In this document: positions 47,302 to 57,274 of the stretch, piece by piece
How positions within the stretch are numbered: the stretch's first letter is position 1
How the letters are laid out: each line of letters starts with the position of its first letter
Source of the DNA: an uncultured Saprospiraceae bacterium
GTDB lineage: Bacteria; Bacteroidota; Bacteroidia; Chitinophagales; Saprospiraceae
Direction of reading: 5' to 3'
NCBI GenBank assembly: GCA_938015805.1
Contig: CALLXF010000017.1
Coordinates: forward strand, 3,513 to 67,512
DNA length: 64,000 nucleotides
Translations under genes and position numbers: made by a program
The notes under the pieces: generated by a model
Told to the model about the DNA's origin: nothing
Databases searched by the model: none
What the model saw: only the letters and a program-made list of their open reading frames with translations

Positions 47302-48069
47302 TTATTTTTTAAGGTGTAATAACACTGGACAATGGTCAGAATGCACTATCTCTGTGAGATTTTTACAATCCTTTATTTTATCTACTAGATTATCAGATAC
47401 GGACATATAGTCTATACGCCACCCTTTGTTTTTACCTCTAGAACCTTGTCGATATGACCACCAGCTAAACTGCTGTAGCTCAGGATAAATTACTCTAAAG
47501 GCATCATTCATTTCCTTATTAAACCATTTATCCATCCACGCTCTCTCTTCTGGTCTAAAACCAGATGGCTTGTCACGTCGAGTGGGGTTATGGATGTCTA
47601 TATCTCCATGTACAATATTATAATCTCCTAAGACTACGATTTCTTTATATTTCTTTCTTTCTTTTTTAAACCACTTCCAGAAATCAGTTAGAAAATCTTG
47701 TTTAAATTCGTGACGAAGTTCTCCACTGGAGCCTGATGGGAAATAGCAGTTAATGATGGCTAGGTCTCCAAAAACAGTAGTGAGTATGCGACCTTCAGAA
47801 TCATAAGTATTATTACGCATACCTATAACCGTTGAGGTTGCTTCTTTTTTACTATATGTTGCTACGCCACTGTATCCTTTTTTTTCTGCACTATGCCAGT
47901 AAAAATGGGGATACCCGACCTCAGCAAAAATAGTATGGTCGATCTGATCTGGTTGCGATTTAGTTTCCTGGAAACAGATTACATCAGGTTTTTCTGTAGC
48001 TATCCATGAGATCAGTTCTTTTTTTAGAGCTGCACGGAGGCCATTTACGTTGTAAGAAATTATTTTCAT
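47302..48069 (-). CDS. xth: Exodeoxyribonuclease III
   Basis: MKIISYNVNGLRA, FQETK, GDYNIVH and the C-terminal SDHCPV, which are typical EEP/ExoIII motifs. Confidence 0.9.
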   Translation of the reverse strand: MKIISYNVNGLRAALKKELISWIATEKPDVICFQETKSQPDQIDHTIFAEVGYPHFYWHSAEKKGYSGVATYSKKEATSTVIGMRNNTYDSEGRILTTVFGDLAIINCYFPSGSSGELRHEFKQDFLTDFWKWFKKERKKYKEIVVLGDYNIVHGDIDIHNPTRRDKPSGFRPEERAWMDKWFNKEMNDAFRVIYPELQQFSWWSYRQGSRGKNKGWRIDYMSVSDNLVDKIKDCKNLTEIVHSDHCPVLLHLKK

Positions 48070-48809
48070 TAATAATTTGTTAAAGCATCTAAGGGGTGCA
48101 CATCATATCCCATAACACGCCAGTTTCTATAAATTCCAAAATTAGTAATCTCTAAATCAATAAGCATTTTGTGTCTTGTAGAATATAAGACTTCATTATG
48201 CTCTTGCCATCCTTCCCATGATGTGTAAAACCCTTTTATAGGAATGATACTGGTCCACATTCTCCATCCCGTAGGGATTAGATTTTCATCTAGATACCAC
48301 AGATAAGCATCGCCAGGGGTAGTTCCACCAGAGGCATATTCCACAAGCAAACCTTCTTTACCATCAGCATCTTTTACGATTTTACGAGTAGTTCCAGGAT
48401 CAAAAACTTTAAAAGGTGCCAGCACCCAAAAGGAGTCATTACACCAGTATGACCACGCCTTATCTAGTAACTTTTGTTTTTCCTCATGGAACACTTCTTT
48501 TCCATCGACAAAGGTTCTCCCTCGTAAGGATTCTAGTCGTAGATAAACCTCTTTATTACCCCAGCTTACTTTTACTTTTTTGGCAGGGATATAGTAAATA
48601 TAATCATGACCTCCAGGAAAAGTCCAAGTCATGAATTTAGACTGGGTATGCCCCGCATAATTGAGAGCTTTTACCATATTCTGAGCAAGTACATCAGCTT
48701 CTTTTGAGCTTTTACCTTCTGGTTTGCTTTGGCTCATTAAAAAAACAATCAAGAAACCGATAATGATCAATATAAACACAGCAATTAGAAGCCATTTTAG
48801 AATTTTCAT
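48069..48809 (-). CDS. Hypothetical membrane-anchored protein
   Basis: N-terminal TM helix MKILKWLLIAVFILIIIGFLIVFL followed by a Trp/Tyr-rich soluble domain. It overlaps the xth start by 1 nt. I recognise no domain. Confidence 0.6.
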   Translation of the reverse strand: MKILKWLLIAVFILIIIGFLIVFLMSQSKPEGKSSKEADVLAQNMVKALNYAGHTQSKFMTWTFPGGHDYIYYIPAKKVKVSWGNKEVYLRLESLRGRTFVDGKEVFHEEKQKLLDKAWSYWCNDSFWVLAPFKVFDPGTTRKIVKDADGKEGLLVEYASGGTTPGDAYLWYLDENLIPTGWRMWTSIIPIKGFYTSWEGWQEHNEVLYSTRHKMLIDLEITNFGIYRNWRVMGYDVHPLDALTNY

Positions 48810-48846
48810 TTAGTTAAGTTAACGATATGTTCGATATCTTTATACT

Positions 48847-49587
48847 ATGTATAATGAGAAAAGAGTCATAGTTGTTCTACCGGCCTATAATGCGGCATTG
48901 ACATTAGAGAAAACATTTAAGGAAATTCCTCAAGATTTAGTCGATGATGTCATCCTTTGTGATGATGCGAGCAAAGACGATACCTTAGAACTAGGACGTA
49001 AACTAGGGATAAAACATCTAATCCGTCATGAGAAAAATAAAGGATATGGAGGCAATCAAAAATCGCTTTATAATAAAGCCATAGATTTAAAAGGAGACAT
49101 CATTATCATGCTACATCCAGACTATCAATATACGCCTAAGTTAATACCGAGTATGGTAAATATTATTGGAGACGAGTTATATCCAGTGGTTCTCGGTTCT
49201 AGAATTTTAGGTAAAGGAGCTCTTAAAGGTGGTATGCCTATTTATAAATATATTGCTAATAGATTGCTCACTGCTTTCCAAAATTTACTGGTAAATTATA
49301 AATTGTCTGAGTATCATACTGGATATCGAGCCTTTGATGTAAAAGTTTTACACGCCATTAATTTTAATGAAAACTCGGATGATTTTATTTTTGATAATCA
49401 GATGTTGTCTCAGATTATTTATAAGGGATTTGATATTGGCGAAGTAACTTGTCCTACAAAATATTTTGAAGAGGCATCATCTATAAATTTTAGAAGATCT
49501 GCTACCTATGGCCTTGGTGTCCTAGGCGTATCGATTAAGCATTTTTTGCAACGTAACCGATTAGGAAAATTTACGTTATATAAGTAG
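48847..49587 (+). CDS. Family-2 glycosyltransferase (polyprenol-phosphate sugar synthase-like)
   Basis: VVLPAYNAALTLEKT, CDDASKDDT and the HPDYQY (DxD-like) GT-A motifs; 246 aa. Confidence 0.8.
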   Translation: MYNEKRVIVVLPAYNAALTLEKTFKEIPQDLVDDVILCDDASKDDTLELGRKLGIKHLIRHEKNKGYGGNQKSLYNKAIDLKGDIIIMLHPDYQYTPKLIPSMVNIIGDELYPVVLGSRILGKGALKGGMPIYKYIANRLLTAFQNLLVNYKLSEYHTGYRAFDVKVLHAINFNENSDDFIFDNQMLSQIIYKGFDIGEVTCPTKYFEEASSINFRRSATYGLGVLGVSIKHFLQRNRLGKFTLYK

Positions 49588-50232
49588 ATGATAAGATATT
49601 TAATAGTTTACATATTGATTTTTTTAGGAGGTTTTGGCTGGAGCCAATCAAACACGATCCAATGGGAATCTAATCATAAACTAGAATGGCAATACTTTGC
49701 GGGACTTCCACAAGCTGGATCTCATCACCATGCTTTAACTGCAAGTGGGATTTCTATAGATATGAAACAGACATCAGAAGATTCTGTGAGTATTGTCATA
49801 GATGCAAATTTTTATCCTAAGAGATCCTGGCTTAGAAAAGGTAAAGAAACAGATCGTTTATTAAATCACGAACAAAGGCATTTTGATATTGCAGAGATCT
49901 ATCGCAGAAAATTAGTAAAAGCCATCCTTACATCTGATGTTTTAAGAAATAAAACGATCAATCAGGATATCGATAAACTTTATTCTGATAACGATACAGC
50001 CCTCCGAGCCTATCAAAATAAGTACGATGAAGAAACTAAGCACTCCCAAAGATTAGGAGAGCAAGATCAGTGGAATATTATCATAGATGAGCAATTACAG
50101 TCTTTAGAAGAATATGATATCCATATAATTAAGTTTCCTCTAGATTTAATAATGACTAGTTCGAGCACTACCCAGACGAGCAATGATACAACTACTAAGA
50201 GGAAACGTAGGAAGCGTAAAAAAAGAAAGTAG
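49588..50232 (+). CDS. DUF922-like putative zinc metallopeptidase with a Ser/Thr-rich linker and a C-terminal polybasic tail
   Basis: Signal peptide MIRYLIVYILIFLGGFGWSQ. HEQRHFDI motif. The C-terminus is SSSTTQTSNDTTTKRKRRKRKKRK. It starts directly after the GT2 stop. Confidence 0.6.
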   Translation: MIRYLIVYILIFLGGFGWSQSNTIQWESNHKLEWQYFAGLPQAGSHHHALTASGISIDMKQTSEDSVSIVIDANFYPKRSWLRKGKETDRLLNHEQRHFDIAEIYRRKLVKAILTSDVLRNKTINQDIDKLYSDNDTALRAYQNKYDEETKHSQRLGEQDQWNIIIDEQLQSLEEYDIHIIKFPLDLIMTSSSTTQTSNDTTTKRKRRKRKKRK

Positions 50233-50301
50233 CATTTACAAACTGTGTATTTTAAATAAATCAGTATAAGTTGTATTTTAAGGTTATCATTAGTCTTTAC
50301 T

Positions 50302-50655
50302 ATGCAACTTTTAGTCAATTGTAAATCCTGCGGTGAGCTCTCAAAAATTCCTCATGATGAGCCGTCACGACCTTATTTGGTAGATAAAATAGGAACTGAT
50401 TTTATACATCGATGTCCCGACTGTGGAGTCAGTAAGCAGTATCATGTAAATCAAGTGATAGCTAAAAAATCTAATATTATTAGATATGGAGGAACAGCTT
50501 TAGGTCTTGCAATACTAGTGGGTGTTACCGTTGGTTTTTGGATAACCGGCTATTTTACTAACATAGGTTTAATTATAGGTGGAGGAATAATAGCAGCAAG
50601 TAATTTTGCAGATAATAACTCTAACGAAAAAGCATTTAACTCTTATTATATTTAG
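50302..50655 (+). CDS. Hypothetical zinc-ribbon (CxxC...CxxC) membrane protein
   Basis: NCKSCG and RCPDCG pairs, followed by two Gly-rich TM segments. Confidence 0.55.
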   Translation: MQLLVNCKSCGELSKIPHDEPSRPYLVDKIGTDFIHRCPDCGVSKQYHVNQVIAKKSNIIRYGGTALGLAILVGVTVGFWITGYFTNIGLIIGGGIIAASNFADNNSNEKAFNSYYI

Positions 50656-50723
50656 TAGAGTTGATGATTAAATTTTAAAAAAGTATATCAGAAAAGGAAT
50701 ATAAAAAGAGCTTCTTATTGAAA

Positions 50724-51359
50724 ATGTTAAAAAAAATATCGTGGTGGCTTTTTGCAGCGATGTGCATCTTTATCGGTTTATATCCGATCACTTATTTTGT
50801 TATTGATAGAAACTTTGGATTATTATCCACTAAGACTTCTGAACTACTCGGAGATCTGACTTGGAATATTGCCTTTTATGGGCACATTGTTTTTGGAGGA
50901 ATAGTATTGCTGATAGGATGGACCCAGTTTTCTGGATGGGTAAGAAAAAACAAAATGCATTTACATCGATTGATCGGTAAAATCTATATTATCGGAGTTC
51001 TGATCAGCGGTCTATGTGGAATATACATTGGAATCTATGCCACGGGAGGCTTAATAGCCCAGTCTGCTTTTATAGGGCTGGGTATCGTTTGGTTAAGTTC
51101 TACCATAATGGCTTATTTATATATAATAAACAAAAAAAAAGTAAATCATCAGTACGCCATGATCATAAGTTATGCCCTGTGTTTTTCTGCTGTTACTTTA
51201 AGAATATGGTTGCCTATACTGACTAATGTATATGGAGGTTTTACTGCAGCATATCCTACAGTGGCCTGGGTATCATGGGTTCCTAATTTTATAGTTGCTC
51301 TAGGTATTATATACTATATGGAACAACGTAGAAAAGAATCATTTCTGAATAATGTTTAA
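50724..51359 (+). CDS. DUF2306-like polytopic membrane protein
   Basis: About 6 TM segments. I prefer the ATG at 50724 (MLKKISWW...) over the TTG at 50718. The family call is from memory. Confidence 0.55.
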   Translation: MLKKISWWLFAAMCIFIGLYPITYFVIDRNFGLLSTKTSELLGDLTWNIAFYGHIVFGGIVLLIGWTQFSGWVRKNKMHLHRLIGKIYIIGVLISGLCGIYIGIYATGGLIAQSAFIGLGIVWLSSTIMAYLYIINKKKVNHQYAMIISYALCFSAVTLRIWLPILTNVYGGFTAAYPTVAWVSWVPNFIVALGIIYYMEQRRKESFLNNV

Positions 51360-51383
51360 ATTGAAAAATGGTAAAAAATATTT

Positions 51384-52001
51384 TTAAAACCGATGTTGTA
51401 GAAAAAGCTTAAATGCAGTATCTATTTTTAGTCTGGTACTTTGAGGATTACCGATAAAGAGTTTCCCACTTCCTATAAAATTAGCATCTTCAGGAAGATT
51501 TATAAAGCTAGACCCTACAGTTCCTATTCCTACAGAACAACTAAAACCGAGGTTTATTTTTTTCGAAATTTGTATGACACGTCCTGCTACAAAAAACAAC
51601 CTATTATAAGCTGAGTCTGTATTATAATTCATCTGCTGTCTATAAGACCCGTTAAATCTAGAAAAGATTCCGTTATTTGTTTTTATCCGGCTATAATACT
51701 GGAAACCAACTCCAAAAAAATCGTTATTCTGTTGCAAGAATTTAAAAGTTAATCTATTAAATCTACTTGATCCATTAAAGTTAAAAATTCCGAATTCGTA
51801 CTCTATAATAAATTCTTTATTGATTTGATAACCGACCATGGTACTCAGGTTATGCACATCTTGTAGAATAGCGAGTCGATTAGTAGCAACACCTAGGTAT
51901 AAGTTATCCGTCCATCTATGTTCTGTGCTGTCCTGACTAATTTCTGCTGATAAAGAAATGGAAATTAGTAATAGTATAATTGTAGAGACGATTTTATACA
52001 T
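51384..52001 (-). CDS. Small outer-membrane beta-barrel-like protein
   Basis: Signal peptide MYKIVSTIILLLISISLSA. Alternating aromatic/Gly-rich strands. C-terminal Phe (FKLFLQHRF). Its start abuts the upstream gene's stop. Confidence 0.55.
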   Translation of the reverse strand: MYKIVSTIILLLISISLSAEISQDSTEHRWTDNLYLGVATNRLAILQDVHNLSTMVGYQINKEFIIEYEFGIFNFNGSSRFNRLTFKFLQQNNDFFGVGFQYYSRIKTNNGIFSRFNGSYRQQMNYNTDSAYNRLFFVAGRVIQISKKINLGFSCSVGIGTVGSSFINLPEDANFIGSGKLFIGNPQSTRLKIDTAFKLFLQHRF

Positions 52002-52772
52002 TTATAAATCTATTATTCCTAGGAGATAAATATTATTTAAATCTTGGAAGTCATACTGCAATAATTGATCCTCAGCAACTACGAGTAATAATCCATTACT
52101 AGCGATAAGATCATAAGCGTCAAAGCCAGTAAAATGATATTTTTCTATAGGATTTATAGGATCATTTACATCATATATTTTTAAACCGTTATTACTATCA
52201 CAAACAAATAATGTGTTACCTACGATACCTAGACCTTTTGGTCTTACCATCTCAGTAATACTTAATAATTGAGGTGATTGTAAATCAGAGATATCATAAA
52301 TACGCAACTCATTTATATTTACAGTTCTGCACTGATCTTGTAATAATGTTTGTAAAGTAACGTAAGCAAAATTTTGATTAGCTACGATAGGATCACTGGT
52401 ACATATTACCTCTTCCTCAAAGAAAGAGAAATTATACTCTTGTTGACTTAGCGGTACAGGGATGCCTGTTTCTTCCTCTAATTCAAAAATATACATTCTA
52501 GAAGCTGAGCCTACGAACATAGTATTACTGTTTATAAAAATAGATTCTATGTCATAGTCAAGAATTTGTGTGTCCACATTCAGAACATCGTTTTTATCTG
52601 CGATATTCAATGTGGTTAATTGGTTGCTATTAATACCATAGAGAAAATCACCATTTACTACCATTTGAGAATAGGACCCGTTTATTCCGCTAGTATTAGA
52701 TCCGGATAAACCTTCATCTCCACAATGGGAAAAAAGAAAAAGTGAAAAAAGTAATAGCAAATTTTTTTTCAT
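52002..52772 (-). CDS. LVIVD-repeat lipoprotein (about 5 beta-propeller blades)
   Basis: Lipobox LFLFSHC. Repeated units of the type NTLFVCDSNNGLKIYDVNDPINP and NFAYVTLQ...NELRIYDISDLQSPQ. Confidence 0.65.
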   Translation of the reverse strand: MKKNLLLLFSLFLFSHCGDEGLSGSNTSGINGSYSQMVVNGDFLYGINSNQLTTLNIADKNDVLNVDTQILDYDIESIFINSNTMFVGSASRMYIFELEEETGIPVPLSQQEYNFSFFEEEVICTSDPIVANQNFAYVTLQTLLQDQCRTVNINELRIYDISDLQSPQLLSITEMVRPKGLGIVGNTLFVCDSNNGLKIYDVNDPINPIEKYHFTGFDAYDLIASNGLLLVVAEDQLLQYDFQDLNNIYLLGIIDL

Positions 52773-52786
52773 GAGTTATATTTTAA

Positions 52787-53314
52787 TTATCTCCAACATT
52801 GCGGATCAAATAAGGTTTCTTCTACCCATTCTGAGATAAATCCCTTGCTAGGATCTGGGCATTCAAAAGAACCAAAGTAATTTTGAGGAGATAGATCTAT
52901 ATTCTGTGTATCGTAAAAATCCTCGACGATGTTATCAACAGTTATACTTAATGGATTAGAAATATTTATTAGGATTAAATCAGAACCATAATTTGCAAAA
53001 AGCACATCTTCATCGATTGTAATTTGGGTTACCCCAGGTATTTTTATAAAACCTAAATTGACCGAATTACTAGGATCGGTATTATCTAAAATATGCACAC
53101 CTACTAGTTGTTCTACTAAATAAATGTAGGATTGATACAATACGATATTCTGTAATTCTTCAAATTCTCGTGGAGGAAGATTTTCTATTTGATTTATATC
53201 TGGGTTAAGATATACGGGTCTGAGACCTGTAATATTTATATCAGCACCTGGATTAGTTTCTATGCAGGAGGCTAATAAGAAGAGCATTAAAGTGATAGAT
53301 AGTAATTTTTTCAT
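52787..53314 (-). CDS. LVIVD-repeat lipoprotein (about 2 blades)
   Basis: I prefer the internal start MKKLLSITLMLFLLASC (lipobox). Units are YIYLVEQLVGVHILDNTDPSNS and DVLFANYGSDLILINISNPLS. Confidence 0.6.
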   Translation of the reverse strand: MKKLLSITLMLFLLASCIETNPGADINITGLRPVYLNPDINQIENLPPREFEELQNIVLYQSYIYLVEQLVGVHILDNTDPSNSVNLGFIKIPGVTQITIDEDVLFANYGSDLILINISNPLSITVDNIVEDFYDTQNIDLSPQNYFGSFECPDPSKGFISEWVEETLFDPQCWR

Positions 53315-53472
53315 TAGAGACTTTATAACTAACAATAACAAAAGTAAAGTTAGCTTTAGTAAAAAACGTCTCTAATAGATAAACGCTGGCTTAAACAATT
53401 TACGGATTGTAAAAATTGCGTCACTTTATGATCTGGACCGAAAATCGATAAGTTTATAAATCAGTAGAAGAC

Positions 53473-53507
53473 AAAAAAAGGTGACTTAGAAACTCTAAAT
53501 CACCTTT
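53473..53507 (-). terminator. Intrinsic terminator downstream of tatA
   Basis: AAAGGTGACTTAGA-loop-TCTAAATCACCTTT. On the minus strand the hairpin is followed by TTTTTTT. Confidence 0.75.
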
Positions 53508-53530
53508 ATATATATCTGAAGAATAAAATG

Positions 53531-53752
53531 TTACTTTTTATCCGTCTCCTTCATACTTTCTTTTACTTCTTCTTCTATAGACGCTTTTGCACTATTAAAT
53601 TCTTTAATCCCTTTTCCTAAGCCTCTTGCTAATTCTGGAATTTTTTTACCCCCAAAAAGTATTAATGCTAAAATAACAATACCTCCTATTTCCGCTGGTC
53701 CTAATCCAAAAAACAATGTGTAAAGTGTCATAATAATTAATTTAAAACTCAA
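53531..53752 (-). CDS. tatA: Twin-arginine translocase subunit TatA/E
   Basis: GLGPAEIGGIVILALILFGGKKIPELARGLGKGIKEFNSA is the canonical TatA TM plus amphipathic helix. An alternative start is at 53731. Confidence 0.85.
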   Translation of the reverse strand: MSFKLIIMTLYTLFFGLGPAEIGGIVILALILFGGKKIPELARGLGKGIKEFNSAKASIEEEVKESMKETDKK

Positions 53753-53815
53753 AGATAATCTTTCTCTACCAACCCTGCCATGAATTAAAGACAGAAGAAT
53801 AGAAGAAAGGTTTAT

Positions 53816-54769
53816 TTATTTTTTTAATCCTATTTCTCTTAATCGTTGGTCTAGGTAATCCCCTGCCGTTATAGGCTCATAGTTAAGCGTATTTTCTGGA
53901 GTAACGCATTTATCTAAACAAGTAAGGTCCATCTCGGCTCTAGGGTGTAAGAAAAACGGAATCGATAATCTAGGAACATGCCATTGTTCTTTAGGAGGAT
54001 TTACGACTCTATGTGTAGTAGACTTTAGATAATTATTAGTCAGACGCTGTAGCATGTCTCCAACATTGATTACGATCTCGTCTTCACCTGGTGTAATGTC
54101 TAACCATTCTCCAGCAGTGTTTAGTAACTGAAGTCCGCCAGCTGATGCTCCTACGAGTAGGGTGATCAGATTTATGTCCTCATGTTGTTCTGCACGTATG
54201 GCAGTACGAGGTTCCTCTGTGATAGGTGGATAGTGTATAGATCTTAATATACTCGTTCCATCTTTAATTTTTCCATCAAAATAATCTTCTGGTAATTCTA
54301 GAAATAATGCAATTGCTCTTAATAAATGAGATCCCGATTTCTCAAAAGCTTTATAAAGGTCTTTTCCTAAACGACTAAACTCAGGAGTTACATCTACAAA
54401 TGGATTATCAGGATACTGTTCTTTAAGAGGATGATCGTCATCTAGATACTGCCCGAGCTGGAAAAATTCTTTTAAATCTGCTACTTCGGATTGTTTAGCA
54501 TGTTCTCGTCCAAAGGAAGTATAACCACGTTGACCTGCCGCACCTTTTATCTCATAAGATCTCTTAACGGAAACAGGATGAGAGAAAAATGCCTTAGAGG
54601 CAGCGTAAAACCCATCTACTAGTTCTTTTGATATACCATGATTTACGATTCCTACAAAACCCACTTCGTTAAAAGCTTTACCTATATCTTTTACAAATTG
54701 CTGCCTCTCCGCATCATTACCATCAACAAATTTTGATAAATCCAGTACAGGTATAGTCCGATTACTCAT
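53816..54769 (-). CDS. 2-oxoglutarate/Fe(II)-dependent oxygenase (isopenicillin N synthase family)
   Basis: IPVLDLS N-terminal motif and HxD...H facial triad context (EQHEDINLITLL ... KSTTHRVVNP); 317 aa. Confidence 0.75.
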   Translation of the reverse strand: MSNRTIPVLDLSKFVDGNDAERQQFVKDIGKAFNEVGFVGIVNHGISKELVDGFYAASKAFFSHPVSVKRSYEIKGAAGQRGYTSFGREHAKQSEVADLKEFFQLGQYLDDDHPLKEQYPDNPFVDVTPEFSRLGKDLYKAFEKSGSHLLRAIALFLELPEDYFDGKIKDGTSILRSIHYPPITEEPRTAIRAEQHEDINLITLLVGASAGGLQLLNTAGEWLDITPGEDEIVINVGDMLQRLTNNYLKSTTHRVVNPPKEQWHVPRLSIPFFLHPRAEMDLTCLDKCVTPENTLNYEPITAGDYLDQRLREIGLKK

Positions 54770-54902
54770 AATTCTTATTTATAGTATAAATTTCGCAATT
54801 TTTATACCAGTGTTCAAGAGGATAGGCAGACTTTAGGTTATTAAAGGGTAGATATTTAGATATGTACTAGAAAGTAAGCATAGGACTAAGTCGTAAAACG
54901 TA

Positions 54903-55907
54903 TTATTTTCGAGGTTTATATCTAGACTTTTGCAACAGTTCCTGAGCATTTTCCATCTCAACTAGTTTTTGAACACTCGTCTCCGGAAAGCGACGCATAT
55001 ATGCATCTACTATTTTCCATCCGATAAAATTTGCAGTACGACCTGGAGCAGAGGGAGGCATTCCTGGTGAGTGAGGGCTGGGATTAATGTACTTGTTTAT
55101 TTTTTGCGTATTAGTCTCATAGAATAGATTTTCCTTTAGGAAAAAAGCCCACATTTCTATTTCGTTTTCTTTTGCCCAGTCCCATTGTTTTTTACTGTAC
55201 TCCATGATAATGGTATCTGAGACTAGGGGAAGCATTTTATTTAAGAGATATAAGTTTTTACCATTGTAGATCATTTGATCTATCATTCTTAATTGCTTTG
55301 GATTAGGAATATAATCATCTAGTAAGGAGTGGATCGATTTACGGACGATATGATCTTTATTAAAAGTTCGAGCGAGGTAATCAGAGAATGCTGGATTTTC
55401 TGGAGCTATAGATCCGTAGTTAAACTCACTTCCTAAAAACATGTCTAGACCGATCCCGATTCCATGCTGATTGCTATCTATGGAAAACAAAAATTGTTGA
55501 TGTGCAAATCCAGATACAAAGGTATATACATCTGGGACATCGATCTCTGGGAAGTAGTATTTTACAAATTTAAAGGCATCTTTAAATTTGTCATTAATAT
55601 TTGCAAAGTCATCAAAGACGATTTCCATTGTATCTATTAAATACTTAAATTCTGGAGCAGATTTAATATTGGCGTAAGCCTGCTCATAATCCTTCTCTCT
55701 ATAAACTGGGACCACATATTTAAAAAAATCATTGGCGAAAGCCGGATACTTTTCTACCAGTTCTCCTACCGTACTCTGCAGCATTTCTTGCTCAAAACGA
55801 ACAACCTGATAATCCACCTCGATATGAGATACATCAGGAATATCCTCTTTTACATCGCCAGTACAAGAAAACAATCCTAATAAAATAATCACGTACCAAT
55901 ACTTCAT
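54903..55907 (-). CDS. gldB: Gliding-motility lipoprotein GldB-like (DUF2268-like)
   Basis: Lipobox LLGLFSC, then IEVDYQVVRFEQEM as in GldB N-termini. Size is about 330 aa. The C-terminus has ANFIGWKIVDAYM. The call is from memory of the family. Confidence 0.55.
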   Translation of the reverse strand: MKYWYVIILLGLFSCTGDVKEDIPDVSHIEVDYQVVRFEQEMLQSTVGELVEKYPAFANDFFKYVVPVYREKDYEQAYANIKSAPEFKYLIDTMEIVFDDFANINDKFKDAFKFVKYYFPEIDVPDVYTFVSGFAHQQFLFSIDSNQHGIGIGLDMFLGSEFNYGSIAPENPAFSDYLARTFNKDHIVRKSIHSLLDDYIPNPKQLRMIDQMIYNGKNLYLLNKMLPLVSDTIIMEYSKKQWDWAKENEIEMWAFFLKENLFYETNTQKINKYINPSPHSPGMPPSAPGRTANFIGWKIVDAYMRRFPETSVQKLVEMENAQELLQKSRYKPRK

Positions 55908-56026
55908 ATAGTCTAGATTTACAGAACTGCAAAATTACTAGATTCAAACCCTTATCTAGCAAAAAAATTGTTTTAGAAATTAGATTCTAATATCTTGCTG
56001 CCACAACGAAAAATTTAAAAAGGACT

Positions 56027-56881
56027 ATGCAAGGAATAGACAGAGAACAGATAGATAAATTTATAGATGCTGCCCTATATGAAGATGTGCGAGATGGAGA
56101 CCATACTTCCCTATCCACCATCCCAGCGGATAAAAGAGATAAAGCAAAATTACTAGTAAAAGATGTAGGAGTCATCGCAGGTGTCGAGCTGGCAAAAATG
56201 ATTTTTGAGAGAGTAGATCCTACTTACGAATTTGAAGAAATCATCACAGATGGTTCTGTTATAAAACCTAGAGATATTGCTTTTTATGTAACCTGTAACA
56301 CGAGAGCTTTATTGCAGGCTGAGCGACTGGTCCTTAATACTATGCAACGGATGTCAGGAATAGCGACGCTCAGTAATCGTTTTGCTACGGAGGTAGAAGG
56401 GTATGATGTAAAGATATTAGATACTCGTAAGACGACTCCGCTGTTGCGATTTTTAGAAAAATGGGCTGTTAAAATCGGTGGCTGCGAGAACTATAGATAT
56501 GGTTTGTACGATTGGATTATGATCAAAGATAATCATGTAGATGCGGCAGGAGGAATTACTAATGCAATCACTAGAGCAAATGATTATCTAAAGGAAAACA
56601 ATAAAGATTTAAGCATCACAGTAGAGGTCAGAAATCTGGTAGAGCTTCATGAAGTTCTAGAGGTGGGTAATGTAACGCGGATCATGTTAGACAATTTTGA
56701 TTTACCGATTTTAAAGGAGGCCGTAGAAACTATTGATGGTAGATTCCAGACAGAGGCATCGGGAGGTGTAACGCTAAAAACGGTCAGGCATATTGCAAAA
56801 AGTGGTGTGGATTATATTTCCTCAGGAGCTCTTACTCATAGTGCTGGAAGTCTAGACCTCAGTCTTAAGGTGGTCAAATAG
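56027..56881 (+). CDS. nadC: Nicotinate-nucleotide pyrophosphorylase (carboxylating) / quinolinate phosphoribosyltransferase
   Basis: ILDTRKTTPLLR, IGGCENYRYGLYD, KDNH and the C-terminal TIM-barrel SGGVTL..V...A.SGVDYISSGALTHS. Confidence 0.9.
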   Translation: MQGIDREQIDKFIDAALYEDVRDGDHTSLSTIPADKRDKAKLLVKDVGVIAGVELAKMIFERVDPTYEFEEIITDGSVIKPRDIAFYVTCNTRALLQAERLVLNTMQRMSGIATLSNRFATEVEGYDVKILDTRKTTPLLRFLEKWAVKIGGCENYRYGLYDWIMIKDNHVDAAGGITNAITRANDYLKENNKDLSITVEVRNLVELHEVLEVGNVTRIMLDNFDLPILKEAVETIDGRFQTEASGGVTLKTVRHIAKSGVDYISSGALTHSAGSLDLSLKVVK

Positions 56882-57274
56882 GGGTTTAAATTTTCTCGGA
56901 TGTAACAGAGTATGTAACTAAGGTTTTGTTTAATTTTTTGCTTTACAGCGAATGTAATTTTTGCTCAAAAATTATACGAATATTCAGATAAATGATATTT
57001 AGTTTACGCTGCACGATGATGGCATGTATTCTATAATGAAAATGATTCTCGGGTTAAAAAAATCTAGGTGTGTAGTGCTCCTAAAGGGTATAGTATAGTA
57101 CTAAGTATAGTACTAAATCTAGAGACCTCTTCTAGTTTCAAGCTTTATAATCTAGAATGCATCGTTGTCCACTTTATTTTCTGGAAATAAGGAGACTATC
57201 AAAAGGGATTTAAGTTGATAAATTACTAGTTGAAGGTATAGTTTATAGAAGTAGTATAATTCTTATAAGCAATC

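Noticed and set aside
52002-53341. The two LVIVD ORFs as one gene broken by a frameshift or stop (a pseudogene)
   Set aside because: The downstream ORF has its own ATG, signal peptide and lipobox (LFLFSHC) 14 nt after the upstream stop. This is consistent with two intact lipoprotein genes.
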